Assembly (NCBI GenBank): GCA_964385635.1 | Contig: CAYLPU010000011.1 | Span: 133-64,132, forward strand | Direction: 5' to 3' | Length of the DNA stretch: 64,000 nt | From: an uncultured Anaerolineales bacterium | GTDB taxonomy: Bacteria > Chloroflexota > Anaerolineae > B4-G1 | Shown here: positions 26,080-34,698 of the stretch, piece after piece | Position numbering within the stretch: the first letter of the stretch is position 1 | How the letters are laid out: each line of letters starts with the position of its first letter | The notes under the pieces: model-generated | What the model was told of the DNA's origin: nothing | Database searches by the model: none | Seen by the model: the letters and a program-made list of their open reading frames with translations, nothing else | Program-made: the position numbers and the translations under genes

Positions 26080-29000
26080 CTAGTCCAGCTTGAGCGACAC
26101 TACCTGCGAAACCCCGTCCGCGCCCATTGAGACGCCGTAGATGGTATCGGCGGCTTCGATGGTGACCCGGTTGTGGGTGATGATGATGAACTGGGTCTGC
26201 TGCGCCAACTCCTGCAGCAGCATGCGGAAGCGTTCCACGTTCGCCTCATCGAGCATCGCGTCTACCTCGTCGAGCACGCAGAAAGGGGTCGGATTGACGT
26301 GGAGGAGGGCGAACAGGAGCGCAGTCGCGGTCAGGGCACGCTCTCCGCCAGAGAGGAGCGCCAACGGCTGCGCACGCTTCCCTGGAGGGTGGGCGACGAT
26401 GTCCACACCGGTGTTCATCAGGTCGCTGGGCTCGGTCAACTCCAGCCGCGCTGTGCCGCCGTCGAACAGGGTAGTGAACGTTTTGGAGAACCTGGCTGCC
26501 ACCGCGTCGAAAGTCTCCTGGAAGGCGGCTTCCATCAGTTCGTCCAATTCGGCCACTATCTGGCGCAGTTGGGCTGAGGCTGTCTCCAGGTCAGTAGACT
26601 GCTCGGTGAGGAAACGATGTCGCTCCTGGACCTCGGCATAGTCGGCCGGGGCGTTGGGATTGACCGATCTCAACCGTCGGAGGCGGGCTTTGAGGCGTTG
26701 TATCTCCTCCTCCAATCCTCCAGGCATTTCCTCAACGATGGGAAGTTGGGAAACCAGTGGTTGCAGGGGCAACGGGGTCTGTGCCGTGACGCTCTCCGCT
26801 AGTTCCAGTTCGACCAGCCCCAGGTCTTCCTCAATGTGCCGGGCTAGAAGCCGTAACTCATCCCGGCAGCGGGCGACGTCCAATTGGGCACGGCCCTGGC
26901 GGGTCTCCACATCGCGCATCCGGTCGCGGGCTCGTCGCTCTTGCTCTTCCGTCGCTGCCTGCTCTTCGCGGAGACGTGTCAGTTCCTCCTCGGCAGGCTG
27001 AATATGCGTGCGCATCTGGTGCAGTTGTCCTTCCATCTGTGATGTCTCTGAGCGCAACTCCTGGGTGCGTGCGACGATAGCGACGTGTTCGGTCTCCAGT
27101 TCCTCAGCCCGTTGGCGCCGGGCGGCCATCTGCGTCTGAAGCCGCGCCAGCAATGCTGTCTCCCTCTGCAAGGCTGCCTGCTGGCTGCGCAGGGCTTCTT
27201 CTGTCACTGCGACCTCAGTGCGGGCCTTCCCCACCCTCTCCCGTTCGACCCGCGCCGCCTCCTCGCTGGCAGCCGCCACCTGCTGGGCCAGTTCCTCCAA
27301 CCTGGCCTCCAGTGCCGTCACCCGTTCAACCCCCGCACGCCGCTGTTCCTCAATCTCCTGACTTTGCCATTCGCCATTCGCCATTTGCGAGGATTCCGCA
27401 CGCAATTCCTGGAGGCGGGCGACGATAGCGGTCTGCTCAGCCTCCAGATCGCCAGCCTGTCCACGCAGGGCAGTCATCTGTGCCCCAAGCCGCTCTAGCA
27501 GTGCTTCCTCCCGTTGCAGAGTAGCCCGCTGATTGCGCAGCGTCTCCTCGGCCACCGCGCCCTCGGTGCGAACCGTACCCAGCCTCTCCCGGACGACCTG
27601 CGCCGCCTTCTCCCTGACCGCCGTCGCCTGCCGATCCAGCTCTTCCAACTCGGCTTCCAGTGCCGCGATCCGTCCGGTCTCCGCCTGCTGCCGCTCCTCA
27701 ATTTCCTGACCACGGTGCTGAACCTCCTCCAACCGCGCGGGAAGTTCCCGGTGGGACCGCTCGCCCGCAAGAATACCGCCCGTCCCAGCCTGCCCCACCG
27801 AGAGAGCACCGTTGGCTCGCAGGACAATGCCCGTACTGGTGACGCAGCGGCTTCCCGGCGGCATGGCGGGGAGCAGCGCCCGGGCCGCCGTCAGGTCGTC
27901 GCACAGCGCCACAGCCCCCAGCACCGTTTCGACCGCCGGTCGCACACGCTCGTCGCAGATAACGACGTCGGCAGCACGCAGCGCACCCGAGGGCAACGGC
28001 GGGATCGGGCGGAGGGTATCCAGCGGCAGCAAGGTCAGTCGCCCCCCTGCGGATTCGAGATCCCGGCGCACCTCCTCCACGACGGAAGCCCGCTCCACTA
28101 CGACAGCCTGAAGGTCAATACCCAGCGCGGCCTCGACGGCGCGCTCCCACTCAGGAACCACCTGAATCAGCGCCGCCAGCGGCCCGAGAACATTGTCCAG
28201 ATCAGCTTGCTGGAGCGCCCGAACGCCAGCGTCACGAGCAGCCCGCGCGTCGCGCATCTGGCTCAACGCTGCCTGCTCGCCTGCCAGGCGGGCCGCCTCC
28301 GCGCGGACCTGGAGGAGTGCCTGATTTAACCGTTCCAACTGCGCGCGACGAGAGTGTAATTCCTGCTCCACCCGAATATGCTGCCGGTCGGGTTCCTGCG
28401 CCTGCTCCTGCACAGCCGCCCACTCCTGCTCCAGGTCCGCCAAACGCCGCTTGCGCTCCGCCAGTCCGCGTTCCAGTTGCTCGACCTGAGCGCGGGCCTG
28501 AGCGACCCGCTCCGCCTGCGCCTCTCGCTGACCGTCCAGGGGTTCGAGTGCGGCCAGGATCTCCTCACGCCGGACCTGCAACTGCCGCGCCCGCTCCTCT
28601 GCCACGGCTTGCTCGCTTGCCAGGCGGACCGTCTCTGCGCGCACGTCGAGGAACGCCTGATTCAACCGCTCCAACTGCGCGCGATGGGCGCGCAACTCCT
28701 GCTCCACCTGGGCGCGCTGCCGGGCGGGTTCCTGCGCCTGCTCCTGCACGGTCGCCCACTCCCGCTCCAGATCCGCCAATCGTTGCTTGCGCTCCGCCAG
28801 ATCGCACTCCAGTTGCTCGGCCCGGGCACATGCCTGGGCGACTTTCTCTGCCTGCGTCTCTTGCTGGGTGCGCAAGAGTTCAAGTTCGGCCAGCAGTTCC
28901 TCGCGCCGGGCCTTGAGTAGACGCGCTCGTTCCTCTGCCACGGCTAGTTCGCGCTGTACTTTGTCGGCCATGACATGAAGGTCGGCACTCTCGCGGTGCC

Positions 29001-29856
29001 ACTCCTGCAGTCTGGTGCGCAGTTCGCTCTCCTGCTGGCGCAGTTGGACCAATTGCTCGTTCAGTGTGGCTGCTTTTCTCCGCTGCGCCTCCAGACTGGT
29101 TTCCAGGGCGGAGGCTCTCTCCAGAACACGGTCCAGCGTGTTCTGCTGGTGCCCCCAATGGTAGCCGTACCATGTGCGCTGCAACCGTTCCAGGTGGGTG
29201 GTCAGCCGCTGACATTCTTCCACCTGCTCTGCCTCTCGCTCAAGCCGGTTCAGGCGCGGGGTGATTTCGTTGACGATGTCGTGGATGCGCTCCAGGTTGC
29301 GCTGCGTCTCGTCCAACCGTTGGACGGCGCTTTCCCGTCGGTTGCGATAGAGGCTGATGCCGGCGGCCTCCTCGAAGAGAGTACGCCGTTCCTGAGATCG
29401 CAGCGAGAGCGCGGCGTCCACCAGGCCCTGCCCGATGACGGTGTAAGCACGTTGGCTGAGACCACTCTCGGCCAGCAATTCAGTGATATCGCGCAGTCGC
29501 ACCCGTGCTCCATTGATGAGGTACTCGTTGTCGCCGGAACGGTAAGCGCGGCGAGTGAGGGTAACCTCGCTGAACTCGATGGGCAGCCAGCCATCGGAGT
29601 TGTTGAGGGTCAAGGAAACTTCGGCCATACCGGACCGGGAGCGACGCTGCCCGCCGGCAAAGATCATGTCGGCAGTGGACTTGCCCCGCAGGATGCGCAT
29701 TCTCTGTTCGCCCAACGTCCAACAGATAGCGTCGGCAACGTTGCTCTTGCCTGACCCGTTGGGGCCGACAATTGCCGTGATGCCGGTGGGGAACAAGAAT
29801 TCGGTCTTGGTCGCGAAGGACTTGTATCCCTGGAGTGTCACATGTTTCAGGCGCAT
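26080..29856 (-). CDS. smc: Chromosome segregation protein SMC
   Basis: MRLKHVTLQGYKSFA...GPNGSGKSN (Walker A), a hinge region and C-terminal LLSGGERALTA...CVLDEVDAMLD. The track start at 29901 is probably 15 codons too long, with the ATG at 29856. Confidence 0.95.
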   Translation of the reverse strand: MRLKHVTLQGYKSFATKTEFLFPTGITAIVGPNGSGKSNVADAICWTLGEQRMRILRGKSTADMIFAGGQRRSRSGMAEVSLTLNNSDGWLPIEFSEVTLTRRAYRSGDNEYLINGARVRLRDITELLAESGLSQRAYTVIGQGLVDAALSLRSQERRTLFEEAAGISLYRNRRESAVQRLDETQRNLERIHDIVNEITPRLNRLEREAEQVEECQRLTTHLERLQRTWYGYHWGHQQNTLDRVLERASALETSLEAQRRKAATLNEQLVQLRQQESELRTRLQEWHRESADLHVMADKVQRELAVAEERARLLKARREELLAELELLRTQQETQAEKVAQACARAEQLECDLAERKQRLADLEREWATVQEQAQEPARQRAQVEQELRAHRAQLERLNQAFLDVRAETVRLASEQAVAEERARQLQVRREEILAALEPLDGQREAQAERVAQARAQVEQLERGLAERKRRLADLEQEWAAVQEQAQEPDRQHIRVEQELHSRRAQLERLNQALLQVRAEAARLAGEQAALSQMRDARAARDAGVRALQQADLDNVLGPLAALIQVVPEWERAVEAALGIDLQAVVVERASVVEEVRRDLESAGGRLTLLPLDTLRPIPPLPSGALRAADVVICDERVRPAVETVLGAVALCDDLTAARALLPAMPPGSRCVTSTGIVLRANGALSVGQAGTGGILAGERSHRELPARLEEVQHRGQEIEERQQAETGRIAALEAELEELDRQATAVREKAAQVVRERLGTVRTEGAVAEETLRNQRATLQREEALLERLGAQMTALRGQAGDLEAEQTAIVARLQELRAESSQMANGEWQSQEIEEQRRAGVERVTALEARLEELAQQVAAASEEAARVERERVGKARTEVAVTEEALRSQQAALQRETALLARLQTQMAARRQRAEELETEHVAIVARTQELRSETSQMEGQLHQMRTHIQPAEEELTRLREEQAATEEQERRARDRMRDVETRQGRAQLDVARCRDELRLLARHIEEDLGLVELELAESVTAQTPLPLQPLVSQLPIVEEMPGGLEEEIQRLKARLRRLRSVNPNAPADYAEVQERHRFLTEQSTDLETASAQLRQIVAELDELMEAAFQETFDAVAARFSKTFTTLFDGGTARLELTEPSDLMNTGVDIVAHPPGKRAQPLALLSGGERALTATALLFALLHVNPTPFCVLDEVDAMLDEANVERFRMLLQELAQQTQFIIITHNRVTIEAADTIYGVSMGADGVSQVVSLKLD

Positions 29857-29872
29857 AGGTCTCTGTAGACGC

Positions 29873-29930
29873 AGTATACCGCGCTTGTGGAGAGATTGCA
29901 AATTGCAGATTGCGGGAGGGGATGTATAAT
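29873..29930. promoter_or_regulatory. Back-to-back divergent promoters (smc / metallophosphoesterase) sharing three ATTGC(A/G) heptads
   Basis: Minus strand: TTGCAA (29901-29896), 17 nt, then TATACT (29878-29873). Plus strand: TTGCAG (29903-29908), 16 nt, then TATAAT (29925-29930). The sequence gagATTGCAaATTGCAgATTGCGgg spans 29892-29916. Confidence 0.3.
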
Positions 29931-30833
29931 GGTGGCGTGGTACACAGAGTCACGCGGCGGCGGTTTCTCAAGTGGATGTTGGGCAGCACGGCGACAGCCG
30001 GGTTCTCGGTTCTTGGGGGAGTAGGCTACGCCGCGTTCATCGAACCGCGCTGGCCAGTGGTGGAGCGGGTAGATGTGCCGCTGCCTGGCCTGCCCACCGA
30101 TCTTGATGGCTTCACCATCGTGCAGCTTTCGGACCTGCACCGTGGGCCAGTAATGACGCAGGAGAACATCACACAGGCGGTAGAACTGGCACTGCGACAG
30201 GAGGCCGACTTGATCGTACTGACCGGCGACTACGTGTCGAGCTCCGCCGACTACGCTCCCTCTTGCGCAGAGGCGCTGTCTCCGCTGGTGGCTTCTGGTG
30301 ACGTGCTGGCTTGCATAGGCAATCACGACCATTGGACCAATGCCGACGCCGTCGCCGGGGTGCTGGCAGACGCCGGGATCACCGTGCTGTGCAACGCGGC
30401 GCAGGACGTGGCGGATGGGCTATGGGTGGCAGCGGTGGACGACGTATGGGAACGGTACGCTGACCTGGAGAAGGCACTGGAGGGGGTGCCGGCCGGCTCA
30501 GCGGTCGTGCTTCTGGCGCACGAACCCGACTACGCCGATGAGGTGGCAGCCGACGGGCGGGTGAGTCTGCAACTTTCGGGTCACTCTCACGGGGGGCAGG
30601 TGCGGTTGCCCTTCATCGGGCCGCCGCTTCTGCCCTACCTGGGCCGCAAGTACCCGGCGGGGCTCTACCGGGTGGGCGGGATGTGGCTCTACGTCAACCG
30701 GGGCGTAGGGCTGATTAGCCCACCGGTGCGCTTCAACTGCCGCCCGGAGGTGACGCTGTTGACGTTGGTAAGAAGACATGGTACGATGGAATCAGGCCGG
30801 AGGAGGTGGACCGACAGAGGAGACACGCTTTGA
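29910..30833 (+). CDS. Metallophosphoesterase (YkuE-like) with twin-arginine signal
   Basis: TRRRFLKWMLGSTA Tat-like signal. LTGDYV, GNHDHW and GHSHGGQ motifs. The true start may be ATG 29922 or GTG 29937. Confidence 0.85.
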   Translation: MREGMYNGGVVHRVTRRRFLKWMLGSTATAGFSVLGGVGYAAFIEPRWPVVERVDVPLPGLPTDLDGFTIVQLSDLHRGPVMTQENITQAVELALRQEADLIVLTGDYVSSSADYAPSCAEALSPLVASGDVLACIGNHDHWTNADAVAGVLADAGITVLCNAAQDVADGLWVAAVDDVWERYADLEKALEGVPAGSAVVLLAHEPDYADEVAADGRVSLQLSGHSHGGQVRLPFIGPPLLPYLGRKYPAGLYRVGGMWLYVNRGVGLISPPVRFNCRPEVTLLTLVRRHGTMESGRRRWTDRGDTL

Positions 30834-31553
30834 CACAAGGGCCTCCCATGCTTTCTGAGCCGCTGCCTGTTCTGCCGCCTGCTTACTGCGCCCGGTTCCC
30901 TGCCCCGCCATCTCTTTGCCTAGAAGCACCTCCGCCACGAAGGTCTTGGCATGGTCAGGCCCCTTTTCGGCGGCGATGCGATAGTGAGGTGTGATCCCTA
31001 GTTCGGCCTGGCTCCACTCCTGAAGGCGGCTCTTGGAGTCCCAGTCCGCCTCTGCCGCCAGCGTTGCCTCGGCCACTGGCTTAATGAGTGGCTCAATGAA
31101 GGTTTCGGAGGCCGCCATCCCGCCGTCGAGGTAGAGTGCCCCCACGACGGCTTCGAAGGTATCACACAGATTGGCGTCTCGTTCCCGCCCTCCGCCCTCC
31201 TCCTCTCCGTGGCCCAGCCGCAACGCCTTTCCGATTCCCACCCGCCTGGCAAGTCGTGCCAGCGTCTCAGTGCGCACCAGAGCAGCTCGCAGGCGGGTCA
31301 TTTGCCCCTCGTTGAAGTCGGGGTAGTGGCGGTAGACCCATGCGCCAGCGACGAAGTCGAGCACCGCGTCACCTAAGAATTCGAGGCGCTGGTTGTCTCC
31401 AATTCCATCCTCTGGATGTTCGTTGACGTAGGAGGGATGGGTGAGGGCGCGGCAGAGCAGATCCAGGTCACGAAAGTGGTGCCTCAGTGCCTGTTGAAGG
31501 GCTTCGAGGTTGGTGGCTGAGTGCTGGATGTTGGATGTTGAACTGTTGCTCAT
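30792..31553 (-). CDS. rnc: Ribonuclease III
   Basis: NQRLEFLGDAVLDF signature plus a C-terminal dsRBD. Its ATG overlaps the upstream stop (ATGA). Confidence 0.95.
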   Translation of the reverse strand: MSNSSTSNIQHSATNLEALQQALRHHFRDLDLLCRALTHPSYVNEHPEDGIGDNQRLEFLGDAVLDFVAGAWVYRHYPDFNEGQMTRLRAALVRTETLARLARRVGIGKALRLGHGEEEGGGRERDANLCDTFEAVVGALYLDGGMAASETFIEPLIKPVAEATLAAEADWDSKSRLQEWSQAELGITPHYRIAAEKGPDHAKTFVAEVLLGKEMAGQGTGRSKQAAEQAAAQKAWEALVSKRVSSVGPPPPA

Positions 31554-32950
31554 TCCGATCCCGTTTCTCTGTGTTCTACCAGCCGGTGCTCGTATTTCTC
31601 CAATGCAGCACTAAGTGCGCTGTTGGCTTCCACGCCGCAGGCTTCGGCCAGCATCAGCAGGCTGTAGAGCGCGTCTCCCAGTTCGTCCGCCAGTTGGGGG
31701 CGGAACTGGAGGACTCGCCGCCCGTAGTCTGTGGCCAGTAATATCTCCTTTACCACCTCACCGACCTCAGAGACCAGATCGAGCGCGTGGGTGGCTGGAT
31801 CGTGCAGTAGATTGTGGCGCTGAGCGAAAGCGGCGACTTTTTGCTGCCAGTTGGCTACGGGCGGTGGGCTCTTGAACCCACTCCCGGTCAACACGACGAC
31901 CGGCACATCGCCCAGGCGGTCGCGCAAGTGATCCAGCGCCGCCACGGCAAGCGCGGAGGTCGGCTCGACGTAGACTCCCCGCCGGGCCAGTTTTCTCTGT
32001 GCGGCCAGAGTCTCTTCGTCCGGCAGGGCCAGTACCGCGCCACCGCTTCCGCGCACAGCAGACAGCACCGCCCGGCCCCAGGGTGGTGCGGCAATCCGCA
32101 CACCCTCCGCGATGGTCTCTTGCTCCTCGATTGGCTCTATGTTGGCCTCATCGCACTCCCAGGCGCGTGCTAGTGGCGCACACGCTTGTGCCTGCACACC
32201 GAGAAGACGCGGCAGCCGCTCTATGAGACCCGCCGCCAACAGCTCACTGAAGCCAGCGTGCAACCCAAGCAGCAACCCTCCTTGTCCCACTGGCACCACG
32301 ACGCTTTCTGGTGCGCGACCGTTCAACTGCTCCCACAATTCGAAGGCGATGGTCTTCATGCCCTGCGGATAGAGGGGGCTGTAGACGTGGCTGGCATAGA
32401 CAGCGCCCTCCTTGGCAGCCTGGCGCACGGCGCGAGCGGCCTCACTGCGGGGTCCGGGCACTGGCACGACCTCCGCGCCGTAGGCCGCGATCTGTGCCTG
32501 CTTGACCGGTGACGTGTGGGCCGGCACATATACGGTGGCGTGGAGGTCTGCGCGGGCGGCATAGGCCGCCAACGCAGCACCGGCATTGCCCGAAGAATCC
32601 TCGACGACATCCCGCACGCCCACTGCCTTCAGCGCCGTGACCAGCACAGTCGCGCCCCGGTCTTTGAAGGAGCCCGTGGGGTTGAGGTGCTCGGCCTTGA
32701 GGTAGATGGGGCGGTTGTGCCATTCGGCGGCGACCAACGGGGTCCAGCCCTCGCCCAGCGTCACCGGAGCCGTACCATCCAGCAAAGGCAGCGAAGCCCG
32801 GTAACGCCAGAGGGTGTGCTCTCGTTCATCCACGAGAGTTTGGTCGAAGGAGGAGACGCCCGCGATCTCCAGCGTACCGCCGCAATCACAACACCAGTGC
32901 GCGGGATCGAAAGGCCAACTCCGCGAGCAATCGCTACAGTACAGGTTCAC
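31550..32950 (-). CDS. Threonine synthase-like PLP enzyme fused to a C-terminal MazG-like nucleotide pyrophosphohydrolase domain
   Basis: N-terminal zinc ribbon YCSDCSRSW...CCDCGG. LNPTGSFKDRG PLP-lysine motif. The C-terminal roughly 100 aa are DLVSEVGEVVKEIL...LADELGDALYSLLMLAEACGVEANSALSAALEKYEHRL. A likely GTG start at 32950 overlaps the HEPN stop (GTGA). The track start is 32992. Confidence 0.8.
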   Translation of the reverse strand: MNLYCSDCSRSWPFDPAHWCCDCGGTLEIAGVSSFDQTLVDEREHTLWRYRASLPLLDGTAPVTLGEGWTPLVAAEWHNRPIYLKAEHLNPTGSFKDRGATVLVTALKAVGVRDVVEDSSGNAGAALAAYAARADLHATVYVPAHTSPVKQAQIAAYGAEVVPVPGPRSEAARAVRQAAKEGAVYASHVYSPLYPQGMKTIAFELWEQLNGRAPESVVVPVGQGGLLLGLHAGFSELLAAGLIERLPRLLGVQAQACAPLARAWECDEANIEPIEEQETIAEGVRIAAPPWGRAVLSAVRGSGGAVLALPDEETLAAQRKLARRGVYVEPTSALAVAALDHLRDRLGDVPVVVLTGSGFKSPPPVANWQQKVAAFAQRHNLLHDPATHALDLVSEVGEVVKEILLATDYGRRVLQFRPQLADELGDALYSLLMLAEACGVEANSALSAALEKYEHRLVEHRETGSE

Positions 32951-33372
32951 CTGGGCTCGCCCTCGGCACCCTCCAATACCTCCACGATCCACTGGATAAC
33001 GTGCTGCGCCTGGCGAAGCGCCTTCTCTGCGTCATCAGCGTCGAAGGCCTCGGCCGGAATTCCGCCTGGCAGCCCATTGGGATAGCGGGTGGGAATATAG
33101 TGTCGATCGAGTCCCCCTCCCACGCCAATCAGTGTCTCGAAGCGAGCGTCGTACTCGGCGGCTTGTCGGGCCAGGTCGGCCACCGAATGCCCCCACACCC
33201 TTTCCACTCCTTGGGCATACAGATAGCCCTTCAGGGCCTTCTCGCCAGCCTGCTGCGCCAGAAAGCACGTCAGGTGGTAACGCCCGCCAGCCTGGTTGTA
33301 GCGGGCATCATCAATGTCTTGCCGCGCTTGCCGCAGCCAGCGTTCGCCTTCCTCTCTCGGATCAGGCCTCAT
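32947..33372 (-). CDS. HEPN domain protein (toxin-like partner of MNT)
   Basis: An internal ATG at 33372 gives 141 aa: MRPDPREEGERWLRQARQDIDDA...EKALKGYL...DRHYIPTRYPN. The track ORF 32947..33591 is over-extended. Confidence 0.8.
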   Translation of the reverse strand: MRPDPREEGERWLRQARQDIDDARYNQAGGRYHLTCFLAQQAGEKALKGYLYAQGVERVWGHSVADLARQAAEYDARFETLIGVGGGLDRHYIPTRYPNGLPGGIPAEAFDADDAEKALRQAQHVIQWIVEVLEGAEGEPR

Positions 33373-33703
33373 AGAGCACTCTCCCTTCCTGCAGAGCCTG
33401 TCGTATGAATGGCCGTGCGCGGAGCGCCTCGAACTCCTGCGGTGTGTATGCCAGCAGGTCAAGGCCAACACGGGGTTGAATCCGCTCGTACAGCAATTCC
33501 AGCCGCTTGACAAACGGCAGGTCGGAATCGAGCACGACGATGAGATCCAAATCGCTCCATGCACTGACCTTCTCGCGGGCAACAGAGCCAAATAGGATTA
33601 CGCGCTTAGCTCCTATCTGGCGCAGAACCCGCACAGCACGCTCAAGTTCACGCTCCAGCAATGCCTGCCTATCAGCGCGTTGCTCTTGCCAGTATTCTAT
33701 CAC
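33362..33703 (-). CDS. Nucleotidyltransferase (MNT) domain protein
   Basis: ILFGSVAREKVSAWSDLDLIVVL (GS...DxD). The GTG start overlaps the GT2 stop (GTGA). Its 3' end overlaps the HEPN start by 11 nt. Confidence 0.85.
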   Translation of the reverse strand: MIEYWQEQRADRQALLERELERAVRVLRQIGAKRVILFGSVAREKVSAWSDLDLIVVLDSDLPFVKRLELLYERIQPRVGLDLLAYTPQEFEALRARPFIRQALQEGRVLYEA

Positions 33704-34419
33704 TTCGGCTTCTCCTCGCGCAATTCCCGGCTCAGCCGCAGCCGGAAGCGCACCAGGTCACGGAACGCCCTGGCGATCACTTTGACATTGCCACCGGTGG
33801 ACTCGCCCGCCAGGCGCGGCAGATGAGTCACCGGTACATCGGCGATGCGGTAACCACGTGCTCGTGCCTTGAACAGGAACTCTGTGTCAACCATCGCTCC
33901 GTCGGAAACGATGGTCACGTGCTCCAGGATATCGCGCCGGAACAGTTTGAAGCCACAGTCGACGTCGCGGCACAGGTAGCCGAATAGCAGCCGCATCAGT
34001 GTATTCCAGCCAAAGGCAAAGAATTTGCGGACGATGTTATCCTGCCGGTCGGCCCGGTAGCCGGACACGATGTCTGCCTCGTCGAGGCGCTCCAGAAGCC
34101 GGTTGATCTCGCTGAAGACAAATTGGTTGTCCGCCGGGGCGAACGCGATCAGTTCCCTGGTGGCAGTGGCAAATCCGGCCTTCAGCGATCCTCCATAGCC
34201 CCGGTTGGGGTAATGCTCCACCAGCCGGAAATTGGGGATGCGCTGCGCCAGTTCGCGGCCGATTTCGCCAGTGCGGTCGGTGCTGCCGTCGTTGACCAGG
34301 ATGATCTCGTAATCCATCCCCAACTGCTGGGCCACAGTGGAAACCTTCTCCACGGCGCTTTCGACGTTTGCCTCTTCATTGTAGGCGGGAAGAATGATGG
34401 AAAGACTGGGCATCATCAC
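33700..34419 (-). CDS. Glycosyltransferase family 2 (polyprenol-phosphate sugar synthase-like)
   Basis: LSIILPAYNEEANV...ILVNDGSTDRT...GYGGSLKAG. Confidence 0.9.
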   Translation of the reverse strand: MMMPSLSIILPAYNEEANVESAVEKVSTVAQQLGMDYEIILVNDGSTDRTGEIGRELAQRIPNFRLVEHYPNRGYGGSLKAGFATATRELIAFAPADNQFVFSEINRLLERLDEADIVSGYRADRQDNIVRKFFAFGWNTLMRLLFGYLCRDVDCGFKLFRRDILEHVTIVSDGAMVDTEFLFKARARGYRIADVPVTHLPRLAGESTGGNVKVIARAFRDLVRFRLRLSRELREEKPK

Positions 34420-34475
34420 CTCTCATCAAATGTCGGCCCTAATGTTACACCAATGTGCGTAAATTGGCAATTAGC

Positions 34476-34636
34476 GTAACTACTCACCCGTTTGCCCCGC
34501 CGATGGTTGAAACCATCGGCTGATACGCAAAGTGCGTTAAAACGCACTAAAACGCGACTTTCTAACCCGTTTTAACGGGTTTCGCCGTATCAGCGGGGCG
34601 TTTCAACGCTCCGCGTGGGGGTGGCTGAGTAGTTAC
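34476..34636 (-). mobile_element. 161-bp MITE-like element, copy 2 (inverted relative to copy 1; TSD CAATTAGC)
   Basis: The reverse complement is identical to 11142..11302 by base-by-base reading. It is flanked by caattagc at 34468-34475 and 34637-34644. It lies between the divergent GT2 operon and ftsY. Confidence 0.8.
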
Positions 34637-34652
34637 CAATTAGCAGTCTATA

Positions 34653-34681
34653 TTGCTCAACACTATGCTTTGAGGTATAAT
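34653..34681 (+). promoter_or_regulatory. Sigma70-like promoter for ftsY (-35 TTGCTC, -10 TATAAT)
   Basis: TTGCTC at 34653-34658, a 17-nt spacer, then TATAAT at 34676-34681. It begins 9 nt after the MITE target-site duplication. Confidence 0.4.
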
Positions 34682-34698
34682 TTGGTAGAGGGTTCATT

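Noticed and set aside
30792-30833. The 42-nt convergent overlap between the metallophosphoesterase 3' end and the rnc 3' end as a regulatory antisense arrangement.
   Set aside because: Both C-terminal tails are low-complexity extensions beyond the conserved domains. The overlap may simply reflect late stop codons in GC-rich sequence, and no structure or motif supports a function.
11142-34636. The two inverted MITE copies as the ends of a 23-kb composite transposon or genomic island.
   Set aside because: The interior is core housekeeping (ndk, rsfS, smc, rnc, a thrC-like gene). The two copies have different target-site duplications, so they are independent insertions. Recombination-mediated inversion remains possible but is not supported by anything in the sequence.
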